From: a virus
Strand: one strand, 5' to 3'
Virus record (IMG/VR): IMGVR_UViG_3300044630_002434
Span: 1-64,000 of that record
Length of the DNA stretch: 64,000 nucleotides
The notes under the pieces are model-generated. The model was not told the DNA's origin. It did not search any database and worked only from the letters and a program-made list of their open reading frames with translations. Below are positions 1 to 10,397 of this stretch, in pieces. A program made the translations under genes and the position numbers. The stretch's first letter is position 1. Every line of letters begins with the position of its first letter.

Positions 1-498
1 AACAACCTGAGTAGATGTTGTCGAAAGAACTCTTTTAATACCAACAATACTTGTAGGTGCTGTGAATACTCCAACAGTTACGTTGTCTCCAGCAACAATT
101 CCGTGGCTTGAGCCAAGAACAACAGTTGCAGTGGTTCCACTAAAAGTAACTGCTGAAGTGGCAGTTACTGCAACTGCAGAGGATGTTGAGTAGTTCTTAG
201 ACAATAGAACGCCACCTGCAAGCAGAGCGGATAGTTCTGGGTCTGGTTCACAGATAGCAAGTTCCATTGTTGCACGCTTTAAGCGGTCTGGAGCCTTGTA
301 CGAGACACATACTGTGCCGTCGGCTGCCTTTTCTGTGATTTCTTCGCCGTCTTCATACTCTGGTGTGAAGGACATGCGAATGAATGCGGACGTTGTGTAA
401 CTGTCCAAGTCGCCATTCAGTAATCCGCCAGCCGCACTTAGGCGGGTGACGCGAATGGCAGCACCTTGAACGGATGCGGCGTAATCTTGAGTTGCCAT
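1..498 (-). CDS. major tail (tube) protein, runs off window start
   Basis: Own translation from ATG at 498: MATQDYAASVQGAAIRVTRL...FTPEYEDGEEITEKAADGTVCVSYKAPD...ELAICEPDPEL, resembling cluster-B-type actinophage major tail proteins; GGAG RBS upstream; follows capsid genes. Confidence 0.8.
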   Translation of the reverse strand, partial: MATQDYAASVQGAAIRVTRLSAAGGLLNGDLDSYTTSAFIRMSFTPEYEDGEEITEKAADGTVCVSYKAPDRLKRATMELAICEPDPELSALLAGGVLLSKNYSTSSAVAVTATSAVTFSGTTATVVLGSSHGIVAGDNVTVGVFTAPTSIVGIKRVLSTTSTQVV

Positions 499-524
499 GA
501 TGGGCTATCTCCTATGGTTGTTAA

Positions 525-1673
525 CTAGACGGATGCTGAAAAATCGACCCGGACTGCGTAATGACAATCTGGTTCAAAGTGGACAGCCGCTGCGCGGACG
601 GCTTTTATGCGCATGTCATTGGTGTTGGACGAAGCAGTTATGCCCTGTGCCAAACTTTCATTCACTACTTTAGTTGCACCAAGATGCACATCTACGTAAC
701 CAGTAGCAAACATCCACTCGGTTGTATTGCTTACTGCACGGTTAGCGTGTCCAATTGGACCAACTCCTGTGTACCCAGAACCCACAATTACTGGTGTTCC
801 TAGTTTGGTTACGAGAATCTGACCCTTTTTATTTACATCATCTTCATCAAGACGGGCTTGGAAATCTAAACGCTCTAAGAAGTCATAGCAAATACCAGCC
901 ATACGACGTGACATATGGATAACACCACGCAGACCTGCCGGGCTACCTGCAAGTGCGCCTTCAAGACGAGCCAAGGATACACGTGGTACGTCTCCGCCAG
1001 CAGTAACTGTTACATCTGTAGATGCTTTTTCTTTTACAAGATAATTGTTGCTTAGAGTAGCAATAGGGGTCGTGCCAAGCACTAGAGAGCCGTCTGTTGC
1101 GGTGTAAGCAATGATAAATGTTGTTGCAGTTCCAGCAGTGATTACGTAGTTATCGTAGCCACTTGCAGAAGTTAAGTTAAATACAGTAACAATGTCGCCA
1201 ACCTTAAACCCGTGGGCAGTTGCTGTTGTTACGGTAGCAAAGTTTGATGCCACAGTTGCGCTTGACACAACGTGTGAGGTGTAGCCAGTGAAGTGCTGAG
1301 CAGCAGAACCAAGCCATAGTTCGCTTTCTACAGCCTTTTGAGTTGCTGCATCCATAATCTTTTCAACGCGGTTGAAACGGTCCTGTGCAGGAAGGCTAAA
1401 AGTAGAGGAGAAGTCTTCAACTTCAATCCCGAAAGGAACATAGTTAGCAAAGCGTGGCTTTGTTGTTCCATCGTACAACTCGCCATTAGTAACGTCATCA
1501 TCGTTAATGGTAAGTAGACGCAAGGCAAATGCGTCAGAGTCAAACTCATGGGCTGCGAAACGTGCCCAATGGTCTTGTGCCTCGGTATATTGTGAAACGC
1601 TGGCGACGCTCAGAACCCCAAAAGGGTACGGAGTTAAGGGGTGAGGTGTCGTGATAGACAAATCCTGAGCCAT
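525..1673 (-). CDS. major capsid pentamer (second capsid) protein with an inserted beta-rich domain
   Basis: Directly downstream of the main capsid gene; PFGIEVED, ATQKAVESELW and WMFATGYVDVHLG segments typical of the cluster-B-like second capsid protein. Confidence 0.65.
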   Translation of the reverse strand: MAQDLSITTPHPLTPYPFGVLSVASVSQYTEAQDHWARFAAHEFDSDAFALRLLTINDDDVTNGELYDGTTKPRFANYVPFGIEVEDFSSTFSLPAQDRFNRVEKIMDAATQKAVESELWLGSAAQHFTGYTSHVVSSATVASNFATVTTATAHGFKVGDIVTVFNLTSASGYDNYVITAGTATTFIIAYTATDGSLVLGTTPIATLSNNYLVKEKASTDVTVTAGGDVPRVSLARLEGALAGSPAGLRGVIHMSRRMAGICYDFLERLDFQARLDEDDVNKKGQILVTKLGTPVIVGSGYTGVGPIGHANRAVSNTTEWMFATGYVDVHLGATKVVNESLAQGITASSNTNDMRIKAVRAAAVHFEPDCHYAVRVDFSASV

Positions 1674-1732
1674 TATCTTATTTCTCCTATGTTCTGAGCG
1701 TCGCCGTCGAGTTTCTTTAGAGTCTAATTAGA

Positions 1733-3715
1733 TTAGAACTCTACAGTTGCTGATGCTGTACCAGCAAGAGTGTCGCGCAATGCAGAGCGAGCACCGTTGA
1801 TGCTGATTGTTGAAGTTACCTTGATGGATTGAACGCCAACCTTGGCGATTCCTTCAAAGGTTTCAACGAACATCTTGTAGTCGTTGGTGCCAACAAGGGT
1901 TGAGTCACGAATAACTCCAAGGTCAAGCGTGCCACCATCTAGGAACAAGAATGTTCCTTCAGCGAATAGGTACCATACGAATGTGTCGTAGAACTCATTC
2001 ATAGCACCTGAACTCTGCGCAGCGTATGCATTTGCATCGTCCAAGTGGAATGTAGCGTTTACGCCACGGTCACGTAGGTAACCTTCGATTTCGCTGTCAG
2101 ATACAGACAACTTGTTGTCGCCTGGCATTTGCAGAGCAAAGTCAGCGCGAATAGCAGCCTTAATCCATGCTGGAGCAACAAGACGCAACTGAGCATCATC
2201 AGCCATACGGTGACGTGCACGGTACTGAGAAGCAGCGCGACTAATCTGAAGCAGGAAGTCTACGCCAAGACCAAGTACGTTGGTGCTTGTTACAGCAGTG
2301 GAACCGCTACTTAGAGCAGAAAGAAGGTTCTCTTCTGCTTCACGAGCGTGCTGAATCAGACCTAGTTCGTTGTGACGAGCAATAAGTTCTGGGTAAGCAC
2401 GAGTAGCAAGGTTACCGAACTGCATCTGCAGGGTTACTGCATCTGCAACTGCGGTTGTTTCGGTTGCAGCAGTTACAACAAGGTTTGCCTTGGTAGCACT
2501 TGAAGTAGCCGAATCGGTTACGTAAGCGGTGTCAAGAGCAGTTGTCCATACGCCAACAGCGTTGCCATATGAAGACAATACTGGTGGAACGATGTAACGG
2601 ATACCGCCACGGTCTGCTTGGAATGATGGCAAAGAGTCGCGGATTGGGCGAACATTGGAGCCAATTCCAAAGATTTCGTAACGGGTAGCAAATGGAGACT
2701 GGTATGAACCAGAAGCGGTAAGAGCACTTGGAGCACCCTTAATCTTTTCCATGTTTGCTTCTGCATCGCTACCAAGTTGCATTGATTCTGGGTATGCGGT
2801 GCTAAATGATGCAACGATGTGCTGTTCGCCGTCGCCACCGTTTACGCGGCGCAAGCCGTGTAGACGCTTGGCGAATGCATCTGCTACATCGCTCATGTCG
2901 GATAGTTCTGTACCTGCAGTCACACCTGGGATGTCAGCGCCAGCAGTAATTGCTACTGGAATGGCAGTTGTCATCGAAGCGGGACGGCGGTCGGCTGGGA
3001 CTTCAGGAGTTACATCCTGAGCGTCAAAAGCAGCGGCGGTCACTGTTGCCTCTTCCTGCACCTCTACTGGTGCATCAATTGGGGTTTCGGTTTCTTCGGT
3101 TGAAAGTTCAACAACTTCTTCTGTTGATAATTCAACAGTTTCTTCGGTTGAAAGTTCAATAGTTTCTTCTGTTGATAGTTCTGCTTCTGCAACTGGTGCT
3201 TCTTCGGCAACAGGTGCTTCTTCAGTAACTTCTGGTTCTTCGGTAGAAAGTTCGATAACTTCTTCCGCAATAGTTGATGCTTCTTCAACTGCTGATACTT
3301 CATCGGCTTCAGCAGATGCCATAACTGGCTTCTCTTCTTCCTTTTCCATACCTTCAGCGTCATCCTCTACTGGAGTCTCAGTCTCGACCTCTACTTCGGT
3401 CTCTTCTGGCATTTTTTCCATGTCAGTATCTTCCTCTGGTTGTTCGGTCGCGGCTTCCATCTCCTCGCCGTGCACACGAGCACTGGCTTCACTTGCTGTT
3501 GCAGCAAGTTCTTCAGCCTGTACTTCGCGACGCTGTACTTCAGAACGAACTGAATCAAGCATGTCGGCTAGTGAGGTCATCGCCTCAACTGTTTGGGGAG
3601 TTGGTTCTTCGCTTTCGACCGATTCGAACTGGCTGATGATTTCACTCTGAAGTTCGACCATTTGTTCGTCGGATAATTCAGGCATGTTTTCCATCATGTT
3701 TATAATGCGGTCCAC
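1733..3715 (-). CDS. major capsid (hexamer) protein with N-terminal acidic scaffold-like region
   Basis: C-terminal EGTFLFLDGGTLDLGVIRDSTLVGTNDYKMFVETFEG hallmark; acidic ELSTEE repeats; likely GTG start at 3715 behind GGAGGAGG (ORF track starts at 3751). Confidence 0.85.
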   Translation of the reverse strand: MDRIINMMENMPELSDEQMVELQSEIISQFESVESEEPTPQTVEAMTSLADMLDSVRSEVQRREVQAEELAATASEASARVHGEEMEAATEQPEEDTDMEKMPEETEVEVETETPVEDDAEGMEKEEEKPVMASAEADEVSAVEEASTIAEEVIELSTEEPEVTEEAPVAEEAPVAEAELSTEETIELSTEETVELSTEEVVELSTEETETPIDAPVEVQEEATVTAAAFDAQDVTPEVPADRRPASMTTAIPVAITAGADIPGVTAGTELSDMSDVADAFAKRLHGLRRVNGGDGEQHIVASFSTAYPESMQLGSDAEANMEKIKGAPSALTASGSYQSPFATRYEIFGIGSNVRPIRDSLPSFQADRGGIRYIVPPVLSSYGNAVGVWTTALDTAYVTDSATSSATKANLVVTAATETTAVADAVTLQMQFGNLATRAYPELIARHNELGLIQHAREAEENLLSALSSGSTAVTSTNVLGLGVDFLLQISRAASQYRARHRMADDAQLRLVAPAWIKAAIRADFALQMPGDNKLSVSDSEIEGYLRDRGVNATFHLDDANAYAAQSSGAMNEFYDTFVWYLFAEGTFLFLDGGTLDLGVIRDSTLVGTNDYKMFVETFEGIAKVGVQSIKVTSTISINGARSALRDTLAGTASATVEF

Positions 3716-3864
3716 TACTGTCCCTCCTCCGGGGCAGTCGGGGGAAACCATCTATGTATATGATTTCCCGGCTTATGTAGTCGAGATTGAGGGACTCCAA
3801 ACAGAAACCTGTAGGAGGCACTCCACCTATATCTGATAATACAGTATTCTTAAATACGCTATTT

Positions 3865-6800
3865 TTAAGTTAGCAGTCTAAGAAGTCTATTCATTTTGCT
3901 TGAAATCTCGCTCTGACTGTATACGTCTCCGCCAGCCATAAAAGATTTTAAGTCTTTAGTTACTTCGCCAGCATCTTCTTTACCAATTTTGGCTTCAACT
4001 TTTTGTATCATATCTTTCATTAAATCAGCCAAGGCAGATGGGACATCACTAAAGCGAATCTTCTGGGACTGGTTTTCGAAAGGTAAAGGTAGGTTTGAAA
4101 TTGTCTCTGCCAAAGCAGTAGCGCCAGTACGAACATTTGTTAAGGCTGTACTGTCCAAAGCACCTGTATCTATACGATTAACAGTGTCAATCACATCCCG
4201 AGCGCCCTGAGCAGCGCGGGCATAGTTACCAACATTGTCAAGGTTTTCTACCTCACCAATACGCTTAGAAAGCGCATCAAGTGATGCAACTCCTGAGTCC
4301 TTCTTCAAACGGGCTAAAACTAAGCGAAACTTGCCTCGAGCATCTCTAGGCTGAGTTTGGGCAGTGTATTTACCTTCAGACTGAGGAGCCTCGTTAGAGG
4401 CTGGTACTTTTGGGTCAACACCACCTGTGGCTTCCACAGTTGCGTCGGCTTGCATAATATCTGCAGCAGCAGTCAAAGAATTAGTAGAGATTTTGCTTCT
4501 CATATCTGCTAGAGAGATTGAAAGTTCCATTCTGCTTGCAGAAAGGTTTTTCCACTCATCTGGGACAAGGTCTGGTTTACCAAGAGCCTTAGCACGCTTA
4601 GTGATGTGACGACGAACTTTAGCGCGGTCAGATGGCTTAGAGCGACCATATGCTCTAACTGCTTTGCGCAAGTCAGATACGTTGCGGATTGGGTAAGAGC
4701 CATTTGGCAGTGCTTCACCTGATTCAGCCAACTTCTCGCGGATGGCTTCAGACGGACCAGCAGCAACTAAACCTTGCTCTTCAAGTGCTGAAAAAACTGT
4801 TTCAAAATTTATTTCTACAGGCTCATTTTCAGTCATTAGTAGTTCTACTTCACTAAGCGAAGAAGATAACTGCCATTGCCACTTCTGATGCATGTCAATT
4901 CGACCAGCAATAAAGTCAGCAACACCCTGCTCATTTGCAGCCTCAAGCATTTGGAACATAGCCTTAAGTTCATCAATTACTACTTCATTTGCAAGAAGCA
5001 AGTCTGCAGCGAGTGCCCGTGGGCTTCCGCCTGACAATTCAGAACCTGAAAGGCTAGACATATGTGCGTAGTCCGCTATAGAAATCTTAGGGAATCCTCC
5101 GAGTTTGCGGATATTTTCTCCCATAGGGTCTATTGAACTGTAGACATCTTCGTAGATTTCTTGGAATAGTTCGTGGTACTGAGCAAAGTCCGCACCAACT
5201 ACATTCCAGTGATAACCATGAGCACGGAAATATAGATTTACTACATCTGCCATTAAAGAGTGTAGAGAACTTAAGTAAAGAGGCTCTATGTCTCCTGCTC
5301 CACCTGCCGTGATACCAGACTCATTAATGAATTCTTCTTTAAGTGATGCAAAACGACTCTTTGCAATTTCTGCATATTGATTAAGCAATTCTGGGTCATC
5401 TTTTAGTCTCGCTAGGTAGTTTGCACCAGCAGCAACAAGAGCCATTACTTCGCCAGACGCTACGCGAGCGCGTGCAATTGGGAAACCTGGAACATTTACT
5501 TGGCAAACAGCAACAAGTTCAAGAGCGCCTTGAATTGGTCGCCAGTCACCTGATGGAGCAGAAGCGCGAATAGCGCGAACTTGGTGAGGAGTTACCTCTG
5601 GGCGAAGTGAGCCAGAGACCCAGATTCCAAATGAATCTTCGCCAGCGTGGACATCGGCAAATGCTGAAGCGGTATCGTCATAATGCTTTGCAGCAGACTT
5701 AGCCGATGCTTCTAGTGGAGCGTGTCCACCAGCAAGAGTTAGTTGACCTACTGGAACATCTGCGCCTTCTTCAGTACGGCAAACACCTGTATGGAAGTAG
5801 GAGTATCCGCTCTTTGAGCGAGGAGGCTTTGTTCCAAAACTAAGACCAATATGGTCTACATGCCAAGCAGCAATATGACCAAACACGCGACCGTCGTCAG
5901 TTACTGTAAGAGGTGTTGGACCAGTCAACTTAGGGTTTTCAAACCATGACTTAGGCGGGGTCATAGGGATGGAAGCAACTACAGCAGCACAAGCCACCAA
6001 AGCGCTCTCGCTAGAAACAGGCTTCTTAACCTGCATACCGATTGAACTCACAGGTTCCTCCTGTACATCGACGATTTCGTCAGTTAATAGTATTCTACAC
6101 TCTTGAAAGGCTGGCTTAGGAACTAAAGTAACGCCCATGATGCGTCCCTTAGTAATTTTTATTTTTCCTGTGCCCATTTTCTTATTTTCTTCAGAGGATG
6201 TTTCTTCCTCTGCGTCTGCTTCAAATCTATCTAAATCTGCAGATATTCCACGAATGAAACCACCGCGAACTAGACGCTCTGCTTCACGACCGTACTCACC
6301 TGAATCAAATACGCCATAGGCATTTCCAACACCATCAGCAGTACGTTCCATTTTGTCGATACGACCAACAACTACAGAACCGTCATGCCCTTGAGCAGTT
6401 TTAATCTGCCACATCAATGGAAGCGGAAGTTGACGCATGGTAACAGCACCTATAGAGAAACTCCGACCATCACCTGACTCTGCTCCTTCAGGTAGAACAA
6501 CAGGAATAAAAAACTCTGCTCCAGATGTTGCAGGGGCTTGGAATCCACCAGAAGCAACAAGAACTCTATTCTTTATCTCTTCTGCCTGAGCCGATAGTTC
6601 TGCGTTCGAAATAATCTCCGCACTAGAGCGAATGTAATCATCACTGTAGGTATTGAAAGCGCCCTTACGACCATACATTTGACGATGAGCCTTGTCGCCA
6701 GTCCAAAGACCAGTCATTTCTTTGTGACGAAGTGCGCAGTAGCCCTTGGCACGAGGACCCATGTATTTGGATAGTTGACGTACACAGCGAGTCCAATCTC

Positions 6801-8994
6801 CGCCAGTTCCCCAACGAATCTTTGCACCACCCTCACCAACAGTCCAATAACGACGTAGTGTCTCAGCGTTGCCACGGTTACGGTCCGCGCCACCTGCAGC
6901 AATAATTGCTAGAAGGTCACCAGTTGGACCCCAAAGAACAGACAATTGAGAATTAATCTCTTCTTGTTTTTGTAGTTCTTCTTGCTTCTCCATGCCATTT
7001 TTCTCCATCTGAACCATGACATCAGAGAGTGTTTCATCATCTAAAACAACTACAGGAGGTGGAGTAGGGCTGTTTAGGTCAGTTAAAATTGCTTCGTCTT
7101 TAACCCATTTACCTTCGTGACGCTTGAAGAGAGTAGGAGTTGTTGACTTATTGTCAGCAGGAATAAGAGCAACTAAATTCATTACAGCCTGGGGGTCATC
7201 CTGAGCAACAATTGCCATATAAATTGCTGGAATATCTGAATTTTCCGGGGTCAGAGCAGTCAAATCTGCAGCAGCAGTGATACTTTCGTAGACTGAAGTG
7301 TAGTTCTTAGTCGTTGTGACAATTCCATTTTTCATAGAGACATTTTTAGTCCACTTACCTGAGCCACTACCAGAACCGCCACTACGAGAAGGACCTCTGT
7401 ATCCTACAGATTTAGCACTTTCTTGTGATTCAATATCGTCAGTTCGTACTGGGTTATACCAAGAACGATTAGGGTAGGTTTTATTTGAACCCTTACCATA
7501 TACAGTATCCAACCAACGACGTAAGTATGGGTCGTTGTAAGCATTTGGAGCCAACTCATCGTCAGCCTGTGTATTAACTTTAACTTTAGGAATTTCTTGT
7601 CTATTTGCTTCATAAGATGCGCGCTGGTCTGAGACCCATGAGCCCCAGTCGTTAAGCATTATCTGCATACTGTCTGCAGTCAGAGGTGGAAGACGGTTAG
7701 GTAGTCCAGCAAGTTTAGGGTTTGTTGACTGACGAGGCTCTCCAAGAATTCCTGAAACATCTAGCGGTTGACCATAACGAGGTGGCGGAACTGCTGCAGG
7801 TGCTTGTTCTGCTGGTCTAGTGTCGCTAACAGCAACATCGGCAGTATTTCCGTTATCAAACTCGATGGTAGCCGTACCGCCACTTACCGCTCTGATAGTT
7901 CCTGTAGCCTGTGGGTTGTTTGCAACAGTTACTCGTCCGCCCATTTTTGCAAATTTGCCAGAAGCATCTCGTACTTGGCTTTCCACATTTTCTGCACGCT
8001 CGTCAGAAGTATAGTTTCCGTCAGCGTCAGATGCCTCAGCAAATGTAAGAGAATCTATGTAGCCCCAGTCGATGTCTGCAGATGCTGCTAATACCATTTC
8101 AGTTTCTGTAATATCGATGTTTTGGATGCCAGTAGCCAAAAATGGACTGGAATCTAAAAGAGCAGAAGCAACAAGAGCAGCCTCTTGGTCTACAGGGAAG
8201 TGATAGAAAAACTTTCCATCTACGTCAAAATCTAGGACAGAATCTATGTCTTGGAAAGATTTACAAGTCTCTCCTAAATTAAACCAAGAACCGTTATCCC
8301 AAACTTCAACTGAGTTGTCTTGGTGAACTGCATATAAGCGGTCAATGCCAGAGCCATTACCTTGAACTCTAATAGCAAAATCTACATTAGTAGAGTTTGA
8401 AAAATATGAAACATCAATGTTGTCTACTTTTTTATATATTGATGCAGTTACAGCCTTTTTGTTTTCGCGCTCTACAATTGCTGAAGCCCAACTCTTAGCA
8501 GAGTCACCACCCCAAAGTGCCCAAGCAATACGACCATTAGATGGGTAACCATCTTCTGCTGGTTTGTATCCCTTACCTCTTTTATCTACCTCATGGCGAG
8601 GAAAGTATTTTGCAATGTGACGAACCTTGCGAATACCGATTTGTCCGCCTTTTGCAAGGGTACGAGCAGTGTTAAGACCTACAGGAGTTCCACCGCGTCC
8701 TTCTTCTTTGCGCCACTCAAGTGCACGCTTGGCTTCTGACTGTACAGACTTTGGAATGGTGTACATGCGGTCGCTATCTGCAAAAACTTTAATGTCTAAA
8801 TCAACTGCATATCCCGTAGCAATCTCATAGGAAGTGGTTGAGGGTTCTTCCCCATGTTCGTTCCAAGAAACTGAAGCAAGTACTGAAGCAATATTATCTA
8901 CGGGGCTAACCTCGTTGGTGTCTTCGTTTACAATGACAGATACATTGTCGGATGTCAGGAGAACATCACTACCGTTGCGACCGACAAATTGCAT
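3865..8994 (-). CDS. capsid maturation protease multidomain protein (head-associated domains, protease, Dps ferritin-like domain)
   Basis: PEGAESGDGR..LPLPLMWQ..HDGSVVVGRI and LTVTDDGRVFGHIAAW..SGDWR..LELVAVCQVNVPGF protease segments; YFRAHGYHWNVVGADFAQYHELFQEIYE...HQKWQWQL Dps motif at ~4855-5280; lies just upstream of the capsid gene. Confidence 0.8.
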   Translation of the reverse strand: MQFVGRNGSDVLLTSDNVSVIVNEDTNEVSPVDNIASVLASVSWNEHGEEPSTTSYEIATGYAVDLDIKVFADSDRMYTIPKSVQSEAKRALEWRKEEGRGGTPVGLNTARTLAKGGQIGIRKVRHIAKYFPRHEVDKRGKGYKPAEDGYPSNGRIAWALWGGDSAKSWASAIVERENKKAVTASIYKKVDNIDVSYFSNSTNVDFAIRVQGNGSGIDRLYAVHQDNSVEVWDNGSWFNLGETCKSFQDIDSVLDFDVDGKFFYHFPVDQEAALVASALLDSSPFLATGIQNIDITETEMVLAASADIDWGYIDSLTFAEASDADGNYTSDERAENVESQVRDASGKFAKMGGRVTVANNPQATGTIRAVSGGTATIEFDNGNTADVAVSDTRPAEQAPAAVPPPRYGQPLDVSGILGEPRQSTNPKLAGLPNRLPPLTADSMQIMLNDWGSWVSDQRASYEANRQEIPKVKVNTQADDELAPNAYNDPYLRRWLDTVYGKGSNKTYPNRSWYNPVRTDDIESQESAKSVGYRGPSRSGGSGSGSGKWTKNVSMKNGIVTTTKNYTSVYESITAAADLTALTPENSDIPAIYMAIVAQDDPQAVMNLVALIPADNKSTTPTLFKRHEGKWVKDEAILTDLNSPTPPPVVVLDDETLSDVMVQMEKNGMEKQEELQKQEEINSQLSVLWGPTGDLLAIIAAGGADRNRGNAETLRRYWTVGEGGAKIRWGTGGDWTRCVRQLSKYMGPRAKGYCALRHKEMTGLWTGDKAHRQMYGRKGAFNTYSDDYIRSSAEIISNAELSAQAEEIKNRVLVASGGFQAPATSGAEFFIPVVLPEGAESGDGRSFSIGAVTMRQLPLPLMWQIKTAQGHDGSVVVGRIDKMERTADGVGNAYGVFDSGEYGREAERLVRGGFIRGISADLDRFEADAEEETSSEENKKMGTGKIKITKGRIMGVTLVPKPAFQECRILLTDEIVDVQEEPVSSIGMQVKKPVSSESALVACAAVVASIPMTPPKSWFENPKLTGPTPLTVTDDGRVFGHIAAWHVDHIGLSFGTKPPRSKSGYSYFHTGVCRTEEGADVPVGQLTLAGGHAPLEASAKSAAKHYDDTASAFADVHAGEDSFGIWVSGSLRPEVTPHQVRAIRASAPSGDWRPIQGALELVAVCQVNVPGFPIARARVASGEVMALVAAGANYLARLKDDPELLNQYAEIAKSRFASLKEEFINESGITAGGAGDIEPLYLSSLHSLMADVVNLYFRAHGYHWNVVGADFAQYHELFQEIYEDVYSSIDPMGENIRKLGGFPKISIADYAHMSSLSGSELSGGSPRALAADLLLANEVVIDELKAMFQMLEAANEQGVADFIAGRIDMHQKWQWQLSSSLSEVELLMTENEPVEINFETVFSALEEQGLVAAGPSEAIREKLAESGEALPNGSYPIRNVSDLRKAVRAYGRSKPSDRAKVRRHITKRAKALGKPDLVPDEWKNLSASRMELSISLADMRSKISTNSLTAAADIMQADATVEATGGVDPKVPASNEAPQSEGKYTAQTQPRDARGKFRLVLARLKKDSGVASLDALSKRIGEVENLDNVGNYARAAQGARDVIDTVNRIDTGALDSTALTNVRTGATALAETISNLPLPFENQSQKIRFSDVPSALADLMKDMIQKVEAKIGKEDAGEVTKDLKSFMAGGDVYSQSEISSKMNRLLRLLT

Positions 8995-9075
8995 GTTTTC
9001 GTCTCCAGATTCTAGACAGATATACTAATAATAACAAAAGAACAGAATGGTTATTTTGTTAAATTACTCGAATTA

Positions 9076-9774
9076 CTACTTTTCTTCGGTTACTGGTCCG
9101 CCAGCGACCCATGCATCACAGGTACGGGAAGAAGCGCACTTAAAATCAAATGCCTCGCAGTAGCCAAGTTCTCCAGCGTTAATAACGCCCCAAGCGTCGT
9201 TTCCTTGCTCGTTACCTAAGCCAGACTCGATGCAGTCAAGCATTCTAGGTGTCTTAATAAATACTGCGCAGTTTCCGCAAGTAGAAGACTTTGCCTCTTC
9301 AATATCCGTAGACCAGCGCTCAGCCTTTTTTTGCCAAAACTCGTTGTTTGGGCGAGCAGGGTTTAGTGGACCGTAGGCAGCAACCTTTATTGCGTTTTCA
9401 CGGTTCTGTAGGTTTAGACCGATATCTTGAGTTGCAGGTGGACAAGACCCGTTAGCAGCAGCAGTTATAGTTTCAGGACCAAACTCAAATTCTGGAGCAA
9501 CACCATAATCTTCTTGAACTGACTTTTGTTCTATACTCTGACCAACAGTGCCTGTAATAAGGTCAAATTCGTCAATAAAGTTTGGATTAACAAAAACAAT
9601 GTTTGCCCCAGAACCAATTGGAGATGTTTGACTAGTCAAAGGCAACCATTCGTTACGGATGCGTGAAAACGAACCCTCATTTGATTTATAAATAAGACCA
9701 GTTAAACGACCTTTTATATCAAAAGTTGCATACAAGTCCTGAGGCTTATCAGGTTTTTCGGGGGTAAATGCCAT
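9076..9774 (-). CDS. head-region protein with Cys-rich C-terminal domain
   Basis: CPPATQD..N..NR...YGPLNP, CGNC, GYCEAFDFKCASSRTC motif, seen in phage hypothetical proteins; in operon. Confidence 0.6.
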   Translation of the reverse strand: MAFTPEKPDKPQDLYATFDIKGRLTGLIYKSNEGSFSRIRNEWLPLTSQTSPIGSGANIVFVNPNFIDEFDLITGTVGQSIEQKSVQEDYGVAPEFEFGPETITAAANGSCPPATQDIGLNLQNRENAIKVAAYGPLNPARPNNEFWQKKAERWSTDIEEAKSSTCGNCAVFIKTPRMLDCIESGLGNEQGNDAWGVINAGELGYCEAFDFKCASSRTCDAWVAGGPVTEEK

Positions 9775-10385
9775 TAGTCTTTTTCCTTTGTCTCTGGTTC
9801 TTCGTAATTATATTTAGTGTTGTACCGATTAAGCACTAAACCTTTAGAGAAGTCTAATCCCTCAGTTTGACCAGCAAGCCAAGGCTCTAGCCAAGGATTT
9901 AAGTCGCGAGTTCCAGCAGCGTCAATCATGGAAAAAATAAAAGCCTTTTCTGCATCCTCCGAAATTGTGTCAGATTCCCCAATTGAGTAAGCATGAAAGT
10001 CTGGGTCCTCCAGCATTATATCTGCAGCAATATTCATTTTTTGCTCTGATAGACGTAAACCACTGACACCTGAAGGCTCTTTTAAAACTTTCTGCTCTTG
10101 ATTTACTGCATCTTTTACTGCCTTATACGGCTTTTCAGGCTGTACTTCTGAAGCAACATAGGAGTTAAGGTTAAATAAAGCAATGTTAAGCCAACCATTT
10201 GCAGTTGTTGGTTTTACACCGCCACGCGCTTCAATGATTCTATTAACTCTGTCAGCCCCATCAAAAGACTCTTGACCTTCAGGAAAGACATATCTAACAG
10301 AAGTGTCTGAGGCAACAATAGAGAAACTATGCTTTCCATCTCCATAGATAGAGTCACTCAGCCGTACTACTTTAATATTTGCCAC
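9774..10385 (-). CDS. hypothetical protein downstream of giant protein
   Basis: 203-aa ORF coupled to neighbours. Confidence 0.6.
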   Translation of the reverse strand: MANIKVVRLSDSIYGDGKHSFSIVASDTSVRYVFPEGQESFDGADRVNRIIEARGGVKPTTANGWLNIALFNLNSYVASEVQPEKPYKAVKDAVNQEQKVLKEPSGVSGLRLSEQKMNIAADIMLEDPDFHAYSIGESDTISEDAEKAFIFSMIDAAGTRDLNPWLEPWLAGQTEGLDFSKGLVLNRYNTKYNYEEPETKEKD

Positions 10386-10397
10386 TTGATGTCATTC

